A stretch of 64,000 bases of DNA from Heteronotia binoei (Eukaryota), in the NCBI RefSeq assembly GCF_032191835.1, contig NC_083230.1:65968001-66032000 (forward strand), in the 5' to 3' direction. Made by a program: the position numbers and the translations under genes. Positions 11,561 through 23,400 of this stretch are shown piece by piece. Every line of letters starts with the position of its first letter. The first letter of the stretch is position 1. The notes below the pieces were generated by a model. That model was not told the origin of the DNA. It saw nothing but the letters and a program-made list of their open reading frames with translations, and searched no databases.

Positions 11561-13763
11561 GGAAACGGCTACTTTCAAGAGTGGACTCCCTTGCATTAGA
11601 TTTCCCCCCCACACACACACACACACCTCTAAAACATCTCTGAGCATGACTGGGCTTGGAAGGAGAAGGAAGGAGGAGGAAATGGGCTGGGGGGGGGGGA
11701 GAGACTGTCATTATGGGATCCATCTCTCCTAAGGAATGTTCATCAGCATCCAATGTTACAAGGGAGACTGCTCCCCACAACCATGCTGGTCTGAACTTGG
11801 TGGGGAGGGGGACAAGCAAAGAGGCATGGCCCTAAAGAAAGCCCCCAAAGCAACCAGCATAGCTGCCACGAGCTGTCATTGTCCAGGGTGGCATGGGGGG
11901 CATGGAGACCTGCACTTCCTTTCACTGGTATTGCAGTTGGACAGCCCTTTCTCTCAGTCCTCCTGGCATGACACAAGCTTCCCCTTCTCTCTTGGTGTGG
12001 ACCAAGCTGCAGCAACAGCCAGGGACTGGTGATGAGATGAAGCGCTGAGTCCGCTGATGTTTATCCTACTGTGCTGGTTTGTCAACTCCTAGGAATGATT
12101 AGCTCTTGTTTTTAAATTGGACTGTCTTTATAACATCTGTCCCTCTACCTTCCTGTTTAAAGCTTTAAGTGTTAATGCATCTTCATGCAGTTGATGAAGT
12201 ATACACTGACTCATGAAAGCTTGTGGTGGAATACATTGTTAATCTTCAAGGCACAGCTCATCCCCTGTTCAACATAAAATGTAGTATGCTTCCTAAAGGT
12301 GACTCTTTTCTCTCTCCCTTTGTAATTCTAGTAAAGATCCACAGGCATTCAGAGTTGATCAGTTATTGACATTGGTATAGAATGGAACATCATTTTAAAA
12401 TGACTATTCCCAAAGTGTATGTATAAAAGAACAAATCCTACACTTGAATGGTAAGTCAAAATATTCATAAAATATGTTCATGAGACTCTGAATATAAAGA
12501 TTAAAGTACTGGAGCATTGAAGCTTGCTTTCCTGATATCAGGAAACTGGAAAAAACATCTCTGTTCTACTACTGTTTTTAAAAAAATTAGACATGCCTTG
12601 GGTATTAATATCTGTTCATATGTATGCCATACTTAAAAGGCAGGCCACATGCAACCCACAATCCCAGCCATTAACTATAATGTACCTGCTGTTCTTGTTA
12701 TATGTTAATTTTACATAATTCAGTGGTGGTAGATGAACTTTTTTAAAAACTCCAATATTCAATTAAATTGAGCTTTTAAAATCAATAATGAGCGATTGAG
12801 GAGAAGATAGGCATGGTTAGAGGTTTACTTTTTGTTGTGGTTGTCAACCAGGGTTACTCCATATTTACTTTACATACTGCAACACTTGCCGTAATTTAAA
12901 TAAAATTAAGAAAATCTATGAAGAATTTAGGATTAGGGTTTGCGGGTAATAATTAGGCAAATGTTCATTAAAATACAAATTCCTGAAGGCTGAAAAATTA
13001 GTCCAGCTCTTCAATTTTGGGATATATCCTAGCAACAGAAAATTTGTCAAGGCATGGATTAAACTATGGTTAAGAATCCAGTTATGGAGGATAATAATTT
13101 GTCTTTTAAGTCACTTGCATTTGGAATCCATGGCTATTTGAAACTAGCTGATGTCTTCAATATTTTCAGTGTGCTACACAAGGGTTGGTGGGGAGATAAT
13201 ATGCAGGCCTGGCAATTAACTGGGTTTGTGTCTATCACAGACTCCCAATTTCTGTAACATCTGAATTGTGCCTAGATAATTGTGAAGACAAAGCTTTTGT
13301 CAATTCTCACTGCAATGTCATGAAGCAGGACACTGTGTTTCTTGTTGCAGTGTAGAAGTAATCTGTCCCAAACCCAACATATGTTAAATTAGTGGTTTCA
13401 ATCCAGAGCTCCTGGTTGCAGGTCCACTGCTACCCATCCTGTGCCATTTGTTTCTCAGGATTCATTTTTGTAGCTTCTGTACCACACATAAAACAACACT
13501 GATAAAAGATCAGGTGAGACTACTTTTGAATTGTAGAAGAATTAAGTATGTGAGAAAATAAAACAGAGTTGGATGGAAATACCATTCCTTTTATTTTTTT
13601 TTAACTGGGGATTGTGAAGTTTAAAAGGGCGCTAAATCAATTCATGGAGGGTAGGTCTATTAACATCTCTTATGTGTTAAATGAAACCTTAATGATGAGA
13701 AGAAGTATCCTCTGAGCACTGATGGTGCTGGGAGTAGCAGCAGGGGGAGTCTGTTGCCTTAAT

Positions 13764-13985
13764 TTTATTTATTTACTTCATTTATACTCCACCTTTCTTT
13801 CCAGTGAGGATCCAAAGTGACTTACATAGTTTTCCTTTTTTCCCTTTTATCCTCACAACTATCTTGTGAGGTAGGTTAGACAGTGTGTGTGTAATTGGCC
13901 CAAGGTCACCCAGCAAGCTTCCATGGCAGAGTGGGGATCTGAACTTAGCTTTCCCAGATGTGATTACTGCACCATGCTGACTTCC
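13764..13985 (-). mobile_element. Older Squam3-like SINE
   Basis: CCTCACAAC...GTGAGGTAGG core and L2-like tail; diverged. Confidence 0.55.
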
Positions 13986-14300
13986 CGCTTTTGACCTTCT
14001 TGCAGGGATCTAGTTTACCATTATGGGAAAGTGAATGCCAAACTAGATAAATCCTTTGTCTGAGCAAGCAGAGCTTCTCTTGTGTGTCATAACTTGTTTG
14101 GCAAGAGCTTTGTGGTTTATAGTAATAGTAAGAGCCCGCAACAGGGGAGGGCGGGATACAAATCTAATAAAATAAAATAAACAAGTAAATTATTACTTTA
14201 AATTAATGTTGATTGCAGTTGTGGCTTCTGCTGATGCGAGATTTTTAAATCATGTTGGATTTTTATTTTTCAGTTACAGTGTGTGAATACTCTGGAAAAG

Positions 14301-14489
14301 ATGGCTTCTGTTAGCCCAAAAGAAGTTGCACTGATAATTGGAGTGGTGACAGCTTGCTATTGGAATAGTCTGTTCTGTGGTTTTGTTTTTGATGATGTTT
14401 CAGCCATTTTGGACAACAAAGACTTGCATCCCTCAACTCCTTTTAAAAACCTCTTTTTGAATGACTTCTGGGGGACTCCTATGTCTGAG
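14301..14489 (+). CDS. TMTC3: TMTC3 coding exon 1 (gene exon 2; [32 protein letters not shown]...WGTPMSE)
   Basis: 189 nt, donor GAG|gtacta; contains the GT-C O-mannosyltransferase FVFDD motif typical of TMTC proteins. Confidence 0.97.
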
Positions 14490-14869
14490 GTACTACCCCT
14501 TTTGTGGAAACTCTAACTGCTTTTCTAAAACAAAAAAAAGTCTCAGGGAAGTAGTTGATACATAGTCTCAACATGCAAATGTAAAACGCCCACAGTGGCA
14601 GCTTGTTATGTCTGTTCAGAATATGGAACACATATTAATCTGATGTACCAAACCATTCGTTTATTAAGATCAGCGTTGGCTACTTGGACTAGCAGAAACT
14701 CTCCAGGGTCTCAGGTGGAAGTCTTTCACATTATCTACTGCTCAGTCCTTTTAATTGGAATGCCAGGGATTGAACCTGGGACTTTTTGCATGCAAAGTAA
14801 ATGCTCTACCATTGCAACATGGCACCTCTTAATCTTTGAAATTCTTAAGTGTCCATGTAATGTTATTCA

Positions 14870-15659
14870 TTTATTGGGCTTTTGTCCAGTTTGGTTTGGC
14901 TGTTCGGGGCCATTTTTGGCTGTTCGGGGCTGTTCAGGGCCCCTAACAGTTGAGTAGCATGGGATTCGCAGCTGAGCTATTAGATTTAAATGGCTTCAAG
15001 CCATTTCACCAGTCAGTTTTGATTCCCCCCACTTAAAAGCAGGGGAAAGCAAAATGGACCAGTGAAATGGGTTTCACCTCACTGGCCCACCTCTCTGTTA
15101 GGTTGAAATGGCTGCCAGCCATTTCAACCTCACATCTGATGGGCGAACCCATCCTGCTAGTAGGTTGAAGCAGGGCTTTTTTTTTTTTTAAAGCAGGAAC
15201 GCACAGGAACACAGTTCCAGCTTGCTTGGTGTCAGGGGGTGTGACCTAGCACGCAAATGAGTTCCTGCTGGCCTAGCATGCAAATGAGTTCCTGCTGGGA
15301 TTTTCTACAAAAAAAGCCCTGGGTTGAAGTAACTGCAAGCCATATCAACGTAATGGTGGGGTGTGTCCACCAGTCAGCTGTTAAGTTTAAATATCTGTGA
15401 GCCATTATACCTGTTGGTTTTGCTCCCCACCACACTTCAAAGCAGGTGGAAGGCAAACAGATGGGTTCAATGGCTGCCAACTTTTTCTGGGCAGTCCCCC
15501 CCCCCCACTTCCTCCCAGCCATGGTGAGCCGTGGCCAAGAGAACGGGGAAATTGAATTCACTGGACCAGCTTGGTTCAGGTGAGGGCCTTTTGGCTTGGT
15601 TTGTGGTTCAGTTCAGTAGCAGCCCTGATCCAGGTTTTTAAGGATCATTCCCATCCCTT
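14870..15659. mobile_element. Non-autonomous DNA transposon (TAGGGATG...CATCCCTA family), partial, carrying a nested hAT MITE
   Basis: Shares GAAATGGCTGCCAGCCATTTCAACC repeats and the CCATCCC end with 15984-17109 and 22951-23400. Confidence 0.5.
15171..15321. mobile_element. hAT MITE with a perfect 8-bp TSD
   Basis: TIRs CAGGGCTTTTT / AAAAAGCCCTG; GGTTGAAG at both 15163-15170 and 15322-15329. Confidence 0.9.
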
Positions 15660-15983
15660 ATATTTAATGTCCTGTTGATATTTTGATCAGGCAAAAATAC
15701 TATGGGTGCATCAGAAGCTCTGCAGGATGTGAAAGAATCTCCCCAGACCATTCTCAGGTCTTCTGCACATGCTAGCGAACTTTTGAGGAAGGATTTGTGT
15801 TATATTGGGATTTAGGGCAGGAAGCGCTTTACCTGTTCCCAAACTTAATGCAACATTAAAAACAAAACTATTCAAAATTCCTTGTAATTTGCAAAGAACT
15901 TGCAGAAGGAGAGCTTTTGTGGGTATCCTTACTGGGGCAGAGTTCACTTGAGGCACTTGCCCTTTCTGATTTGTTCTGCAGAC

Positions 15984-17109
15984 TAGGGATGGGCATGAAC
16001 CTGTAAAACCTGGTGTGGGGTGGCCGAATGGCCCCTACCTGAACTGAGCCAGTCTAGTGAGTTCAGTTCTCCTTTTCTCCCAGCCGCTGGCAGCTATGTA
16101 ACCCATCCATTTCACTTTCCTTGACCCACTGTTAGAATTAAATGGCTGGCAGCCATTTCAACCTAATAGCAGGATGGGTTCGCCTGTCAACTATGAAATT
16201 AAAATACCTGGTAGCCATTAAACCACATAGCTCAGCTACAGACCCCATTCTATGGGTATGCATTTAACATTAACTGAACCCAATAAATACCCCAAAATAA
16301 CTTATTGCTATTTTTTAGGTATTTTTTAAGGTATTAATTCAGCTGAATACACGTCAAAGAATCTGATTAAGCTACGGATATAGCTGAGCCCAAATAAAAG
16401 CTGATTTCCCGTCCCCCCCCCCCCCATTTTTATTTGGGTTAGCTATCCTAAGAAGAGGTTCAGCTGGGGTGGCCGGAGCTGAGAGCTTCATGCCACCTCA
16501 GCTGGTGGGCTCCTCAAGCCAGGTTGGGGAGCGGTGGGGAGAGACCTCCCCATGTCATACATCTCCCGAGGGCAGCTTCTCCTGCCCCCCAGTTTAAATC
16601 ACTGGGCAGGAGAAAGCTCTCAGCCAGGTCAGTGTGTGGTGGCAGGAGACCTCCCCACTGCTCAGAGATCCTGAGGGCAGCTTCTCCTGCCTGGTGGTTT
16701 AAATTGCTGAGCAGCAGAAGGCTCCCAGCCAGGGCTGTGTGCAGCAGGGACAGCCCTCCCTGCCTCACGCAGGTCCTGGGGCCAGGTTCTCCTGCTCTGT
16801 GGTTTAAGCTGCCAAGCAAGAGAGTCCCAGACAGGTCTGCATGCTGAAAAATTTGGCAATCCAAAATATTTTCCAAATTCCAGTATTATATGATTCAGGA
16901 ATATCGAGAAATACTGTTTGTTTGTTTGTTTTTGTTCAGTATACCAAAACCTGAAAAATACTGAATCACTCAGCTATTAGGTTTAAATGGCCCGAAGCAG
17001 CTGAACCAGACAAAAGTCTGGTAAATGTTTGGGGAAGGCTCCTTCCCTGAACAACTGGTCCAAGTTTGTGTCAAATTTTGGCTCATAAACTGGTTCGTGC
17101 TCATCCCTA
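15984..17109. mobile_element. Non-autonomous DNA transposon/MITE with an internal ~105-bp GC-rich tandem repeat (about 16510-16850)
   Basis: TIRs TAGGGATGGGCATGAACC / GGTTCGTGCTCATCCCTA; superfamily uncertain (PIF-Harbinger- or Tc1-like ends). Confidence 0.7.
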
Positions 17110-17304
17110 ATGCAGGCTTATGAATTCTAGAATTCAGCAAACCCATTTCTGAGTTCCAAGCAGGATTATGGAATTTTCTTCAAGAAAAAAATTAAGTTTT
17201 TTGTGCCCTGATTGGTTTTTGGATTGTTTTATAAATTATTGATTGACTGATGCAAACCACTTATATATTTGATTCTTATGGGTTTGTGTGTGTGTGTGTT
17301 TTAG

Positions 17305-17523
17305 GAGAGGAGTCATAAATCATATCGGCCACTCACTGTTCTCACCTTCCGTTTGAACTACTGGTTCAGTGAATTAAATGCTGTCTCCTACCACCTTCTG
17401 AATGTCATCTTCCATGCAGTTGTTTGTGTAGTTTTCCTTAAGATCTGTAAGCTTTTCTTGGACAGCAGAAGCAGTGTGGTTGCATCCCTGCTGTTTGCAG
17501 TACATCCAATACATACTGAAGCT
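17305..17523 (+). CDS. TMTC3: TMTC3 exon 3 ([12 protein letters not shown]...HPIHTEA)
   Basis: ttttag|GAGAGG...GAAGCT|gtaagt; 219 nt; SHKSYRP motif. Confidence 0.97.
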
Positions 17524-18245
17524 GTAAGTAATCCTGAAAAGGCTGTCTTGATTCATGCTACAGTTGTTAAAGACATAGTCATGAAACAAAGGGCTTAAAT
17601 GTCCTATGGGTTAGGAGTGGCATGAAATGGTTAGGAGTGGGATGAATGTGTTCCTTTAATTAGTCTTAGAAGGGACTGGTAATCTTAAGGTAAAAGTTAT
17701 GCATTTTAACAGATTTAATTACAAACTTCCTTACCTAGAAACACTGTCATATTATGGCCTACATAAAATGACTGCTTATAGTTACTATCTAGCATGTCAG
17801 ACCGTTACTCTATGATAAAGCATAGATGCATCTGTAACTTTTGTAAGAATTTTGTGACATATTTTGTGGAGATGGCCTAGAGGTGGAATAAAATATTCTA
17901 ATGAATCAGCCATATTGAAGTCTGCAAGATAAGTAAATTAGCATAGAGCTTTAATGGTGAAATTAAAATAAAAGTCAACGTATGGCTGATCAATGATAGA
18001 CATGAAGGCTTGTCACGGTCAAGCTCTGAATCATATATTTGTTCCCTTGTTACAGTTTTAGTATGTGTGGCACCTGCACCTGTGAAACATGTAACGTAAC
18101 CCTTACTGCTCTGATAGCATTTGTTCTTGGCAATTTATATAGACAAATACTGAAGTAATTATATATCTGACCTGGATGAGCAGATTAGCCAGATCTTGTC
18201 AGATCTTGAAAATTGAGCAGGGTCAGCCCTAGTTAGTATTTGAAT

Positions 18246-18660
18246 AAGAACATAAGAGAAGTCATGTTGGATCAGGCCAATGGCCCATCCAGTCTAACAC
18301 TGTGTCACACAGTGGCCTATATATATATACATACACATACACATACACACTGTGGCTAATAGCCACTGATGGACCTCTGCTCCATATTTTTATCCAATCC
18401 CCTCTTGAAGCTGGCTATGCTTGTAGCTGCCACCACCTCCTGTAGCAGTGAATTCCACATGTTAATCACCCTTTGGGTGAAGAAGTACTTCCTTTTATCC
18501 GTTTTAACCTGACTGCTCAGCAATTTCATTGAATGCCCACGAGTTCTTGTATTGTGAGAAAGGGAGAAAAGGACTTCTTTTTCTACTTTCTCCATCCCAT
18601 GCATAATCTTGTAAACCTTTATCATGTCACCCCGCAGTCGACGTTTCTCTGAGAAAGAGA
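18246..18660 (-). mobile_element. CR1 LINE 3' end
   Basis: EKRRLRGDMIKVYKIMHG...HNTRTRGHSMKL...FFTQRVINMWNSL; TTCTTATGTTCTT-type tail. Confidence 0.9.
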
Positions 18661-18814
18661 CCATCAAGGAATTCTAGATCACTGTGCAGAAGAAGGCAGT
18701 GGTAAACCACCTCTGTTAGTCACTTGTCATAAAAACCATTTGGTGTCGCCATAAATCAGCTGCAACTTGACGTCACTTTACATGCACAACAGCAACAATC
18801 CTAGAACAAAGCAG

Positions 18815-19027
18815 GAATAATAATAATAATAATACTTTTTATTTATATCCCGCCCTCCCTGCCAAAGCAGGCTCAGGGCGGCTCACAACGTATTAGTTCA
18901 ATATAATACAATACAATAAAATCATATAATTCAATAAATACTACATTATAAAACCATCATTTAAATCGACATTCTAATTAAAATTACCAGTTATGGTGCT
19001 AAATTACAGGTTTTTAATAAATTGATG
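18815..19027 (-). mobile_element. L2 3' tail with an (AAT)n microsatellite
   Basis: TGTGAGCCGCCCTGAGCC...GGGCGGGATATAAAT on the minus strand. Confidence 0.75.
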
Positions 19028-19073
19028 GCGGAATCAAGTTTCACCTTTAAGACCAAACAATTTTTATTCAGAA

Positions 19074-19115
19074 CGTAAGCTTTCATGCGCTCTCTTAAGC
19101 ACACTTCATCAGACG
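19074..19115 (-). ncRNA. Minimal (type I-like) hammerhead ribozyme motif in a PLE terminus, core intact
   Basis: 5'-CGU CUGAUGA A GUGUGC UUAAGAGA GCGCAU GAAA GCUU ACG-3'. Confidence 0.7.
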
Positions 19116-19447
19116 AGGGGATCAGGAATTATGAGCTGAAATACAAGCAATCTGGCAAACTAACTGGTCACATAGAACAGTGTGGCTAGGCCATTTGGTC
19201 TGGATAGCCATAAAAGGTAATAAAATTCTCTGCCAAATGGTGTTTTTGCAAATCTAGGTGAATCACAAAAGGACATGTATATCCAGCTTGTAGTCCACCC
19301 AATCAACTTATCAACATCAATCTATACATATTAAACATCATTCTAGTCTGCCATTAGAAAACAAGAATACATAAAATGAAAATGGGTTGAGTATATGTAA
19401 CGAGATAAATAGCCAATATCCCTTATTTGAGTATGTCAACATAAAAG

Positions 19448-19728
19448 ATGATGATGATGATATTGGATTTATATCCCACCCTCCACTCTGAAGAGTCTCA
19501 GAGCGGCTCACAATCTCCTTTACCTTCCCCCCCCCACAACATACACCCTGTGAGGTGGGTGGGGCTGGAGAAAGCTCTCACAGCAGCTGCCCTTTCAAGG
19601 ACAACCTCTGCCAGAACTATGGCTGACCCAAGGCCATGCCAGCAGGTGCAAGTGGAGGAGTGGGGAATCAAACCCGGTTCTCCCAGATAAGAGTCCACAC
19701 ACTTAACCACTACACCAAACTGGCTCTC
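19448..19728 (-). mobile_element. Squam3-like SINE
   Basis: Head GAGAGCCAGTTTGGTGTAGTGGTTAAG, L2-derived tail, (CAT)n end. Confidence 0.9.
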
Positions 19729-20321
19729 CATTCTGTTTTTGAAGTTCCTTTGCAGTAAAACAGCTACCTTGAGGAGAGAAATTGCTAAATTACAAATTAT
19801 TATGAAACTTGGAACAAACACCTCTCCAGGGCTGAACAGGGATATTGGCTTTTTATCTCATTACATATGCCTAACCCACTCTCAGTGAGTATAGCTATAC
19901 ATCCACAGTATTCCAAGGTATTTCTCTTGTATGTATCAGAATAATGTTTTATATTGACATACTCAAATAAGGGATATTGGCTATTTAGAGTGTTGGACTG
20001 GATAGGCCATTGACCTGATCCAACATGGCTTCTCTTATTACATATACTCAACCCATTTTCATTTTATGTATTTTTGTTTTCTAATGGCAGACTAGAATGA
20101 TGTTTAATATGTGTAGATTGATGTCGATAAGTTGATTGGGTGAATTACAAGTTGGATATACATGCTCTTTTGTGATTCACCTAGATTTGCAAAAACACCA
20201 TTTGGCAGAGAATTTTATTACCTTTTATGGCTATCAGACCAAATGGCCTAGCCACACTGTTTTATGTGACCAGTTAGTTTGCCAGACTGCTTGTATTTCA
20301 GCTCACAATACCTGATCCCCT

Positions 20322-20363
20322 CGTCTGATGAAGTGTGCTTAAGAGAGCGCATGGAAGCTTATG
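20322..20363 (+). ncRNA. Hammerhead motif copy with a mutated core (GAAA to GGAA)
   Basis: CGT CTGATGA AGTGTGCTTAAGAGAGCGCAT GGAA GCTT ATG. Confidence 0.55.
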
Positions 20364-20649
20364 TTCTGAATAAAAATTGGCTGGTCTTAAAGGTACAACT
20401 TGATTCCCGCTTTGTTCTACTGCTTCAAACCAACATTGCTGCCCACTTGGATCTAGCAACAATCCTAATTAGAAAAGATGTACTTCCATATGTCAGCCAC
20501 ATGGAGGCACTCTAATTCTTTTCTTGTATTTTATTAACTTTTTCAAAACAGTAAAAGTTCATTGCTTTCAAACTTTCTGAATTTGCTTTGGTTCTTCATT
20601 TAGTGCAGGTGGAACAAAAATAATAGTTCTATCCTGTACTGTTTGTTCC

Positions 20650-21330
20650 TTTATTTATTTATTTAATAGAATTTCTATCCTGCCCATTTTGCCAAGGAAG
20701 TATCAGGGCAGGTTAGACATAATACAGTATCCATAAAAACATAAAATTTACCACTGTAAACAATATACAATATGCAGTTTTTAAAACGAGATGGCGGTAT
20801 CTCCCTGAGTCTGCACTAACATTCTAATTTCAGTTCTGTTCATAATAGCATAATTCCATATGAGTAACTGGTGAACAGGTCTAGGCCAATTTGCAGCAGG
20901 GGGAACCAATCATATTATATGTCCATGACTTCAGCTAAAATAATTTATTTTATTTATTTAATAATTTATTGTGATTTTACTGTAATAATGTAATTTTATG
21001 TTGTTTTAATTGATGTTAGCCACCCTGAGCCTGTCAGGGGAGGGCAGGATATAAATATAATAAAATAAATAAATAAAAGCCTGGGAGAAGAACTCCATCT
21101 TACAGGCCCTGCAGAGCTCTAATAGGTCCCGCAAGGCCATGATCTCCATGGGGAGCTCATTCTTCCAGGTCAGAACCAGAGCCAAAAACACCCTGGCTCT
21201 CGTCGAGGCTGAATGGGCCTCTTTTGGACCAGGGACTGCCAGTTGACATTGGTCAGCTGATCTTAAGGCCCTTCATGGAACTATGGGGAGAGGTGGTCCT
21301 GTTGGTGCCTGGCGGAACTGACACATCACA
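20650..21330 (-). mobile_element. L2 3' fragments (minus) interrupted by a plus-strand L2 tail (about 20930-21080)
   Basis: Similarity to the other L2 3' copies in the window. Confidence 0.6.
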
Positions 21331-21384
21331 GGCTTAGAATCCTAATCTAAGTTATTAAATTACATGGTTTTGTCTTTTGTTTAG

Positions 21385-21484
21385 GTGACTGGGGTAGTGG
21401 GCAGAGCAGAGCTGCTTTCATCTGTCTTTTTCCTTGCTGCATTTTTGTCATATACCAGATCAAAAGGACTAGAAAACACTATTG
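21385..21484 (+). CDS. TMTC3: TMTC3 exon 4 ([13 protein letters not shown]...)
   Basis: tttag|GTGACT...ATTG|gtaaat; 100 nt. Confidence 0.97.
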
Positions 21485-22365
21485 GTAAATACTTGTTGTT
21501 GTTTTTTCATTATGAGTAAGATAATCATACTTTGTAAGAGCAAGTAAGTACACAAGTCCAAAATATCTAAACGGCCCTGTTGCTTGTTCATCCATAATGC
21601 ACTTTTCTTCAGATGGCTGTTGAGTCTTAATAATGCAGTCCTGCAGTTTCCTTAAATACAGGAGTAGTGCTCTTGCAGCACACCAGATTAACAAATGTGT
21701 GTGTTTGTTAGAAGCTTTATGCCGTAAGAAATATTAATCTTTAATGTCCTGCAATTGTCTTTCTGAATCTATGTGTCCTGTTCATGGGTTGCCACCAGCA
21801 GGGATTCCTAATTCAATTCCGCAATGCTCATACTCCTCCAGAGAAAGTCTGATGTTTGCCTTTCACAGGCTGGCAGATTCATATGGGAAATTTGAGGTCA
21901 CTTAAAGCTTTATAGGTACAGAAGTGTTTTGGAAGCCAGTACACCTTTTAAATAACTGGCATAATATGACCTCTCTAACTTGGCCAGCTAGTAACCTAGC
22001 CTCTCAATTTGGTACTTGTTGGAACTTGTGGATTAGAGGAGGTCCCCTGAAGAGAGCTTTGCAGTACTTAAGCTGGCCTTTATAGCTACATTCAAAAACT
22101 TCATAACCTGTATAAGAGAACTGTGTACTGTACATTAGAAGATTTTTGAAATCTGAAGCAAAATTGGAAACAGTTGCATTATTATGGAAACAGAATGCTA
22201 GATCAGTCATGATCAATGCAGCTGGCAAAATGAGTTTGTTCAGCATTTTCAGTGTGTAAAAGATAGAGAAAATTGACAGTAGCTCTCAATTCATTCTGTG
22301 TTTCCAGTCAGCCTCTCAGTACTTAGAGATCATAAATTCTCTTTCTTTAATTTTAGGAAGGCTAA

Positions 22366-22518
<153 letters not shown>

Positions 22519-22950
22519 TGAAACCCATTTCTAAAATCCTTGGTTATATCCTGAACTTATGAGATACCATTAGCTTAAATTTGTTTATCTTGGCTATGTT
22601 TTCTTGTTATTTGATTATAAGCTATGTTCACATGATCATTTGTAGTATTTCATCAGTATGTATGGATAAGTAATTTTGCCTTCAAAATATTCAGTGGCCC
22701 TCTATAACTGAAAGAGATGTCCATCTCTCTGTGCCAGAGCAGACCTATTCAAAAAACATCAAACTTGTTTGGCTTATATTATTCAGTGTACCACACTCAT
22801 TTGCCAGTGATGGTCATTGTACACTAGTTCTTAAGCTGTTGTCCAAGGACTGAAAAAGGTATGTGAGGCATTTGAGGAGGCCCATAAATTCACAATGATG
22901 ATATCTTTTCCAGAGCAATGAAGGCCATAATAAAATCTAGCTCCTGCTAG

Positions 22951-23400
22951 TAGGGATAGGCATGAACCATTTCATGAGCTGAAGTTCGGCACAAACTTGA
23001 CCCAGTTTGAAGCCCTAAAACTGATGTTCAGGGAAGGCGCTTTCCCTGAACATTTCCCAGATTTTTGTCCAGTTCAGCTGTTTAGGACATTTAAACCAAA
23101 CAGCTGAGCAGCACAGGTCTATAGCTGACCTGTTACGTTTAAATGGCTCACAGCCATTTCACCGGTCAGTTTTGCTTCCCCCCACTTCGAAGCAGGAGAA
23201 AAGCAAAATGGATGGGTTAAATGGCTGCCAGCCATTTAACCCTTCCCAGGTAGTCTCCCCCTCCCTCCCTTCCACAGCTTGCTGTAGCCAGGAGGAAGGG
23301 GACCCAAACTGGCTGATTCAGGAATTTTTGGTTCAGTTCAGAGTTTGGTTCAGGACCTGCCCTGAACACCAAACCAGAATTTTTAGCTTCATGTGCATCT
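22951..23400. mobile_element. Third copy of the TAGGGAT...-family MITE
   Basis: Starts TAGGGATAGGCATGAACC; shares internal motifs with 15984-17109. Confidence 0.55.

Larger units (their letters stand above)
19028..20455. mobile_element. Penelope-like element remnant with inverted termini (arms about 19028-19446 and 19939-20410); nested SINE and CR1 tail
   Basis: ORF-end peptides KVAVLLQRNFKNR (-) and REIAKLQIIMKLG...GLNRDIGFLSHY* (+); PLE terminal motif CTGATGAAGTG...GAAAGCTTA...TCTTAAAGGTG...CTGCTTCAAACCAAC. Confidence 0.8.

Noticed and set aside
11151-11819. 222-aa minus-strand ORF and overlapping ORFs
   Set aside because: Spans SINE, CR1 and simple-repeat sequence; no recognisable domain or splice support.
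12030-12057. TGATGA...CTGA resembling C/D snoRNA boxes
   Set aside because: Far too short, with no terminal stem or guide region.
14283-14300. N-terminal extension of TMTC3 from GTG, as in the ORF track
   Set aside because: ATG 14301 aligns with the known N-terminus; the track's alternative starts and intron read-through tails are artefacts.
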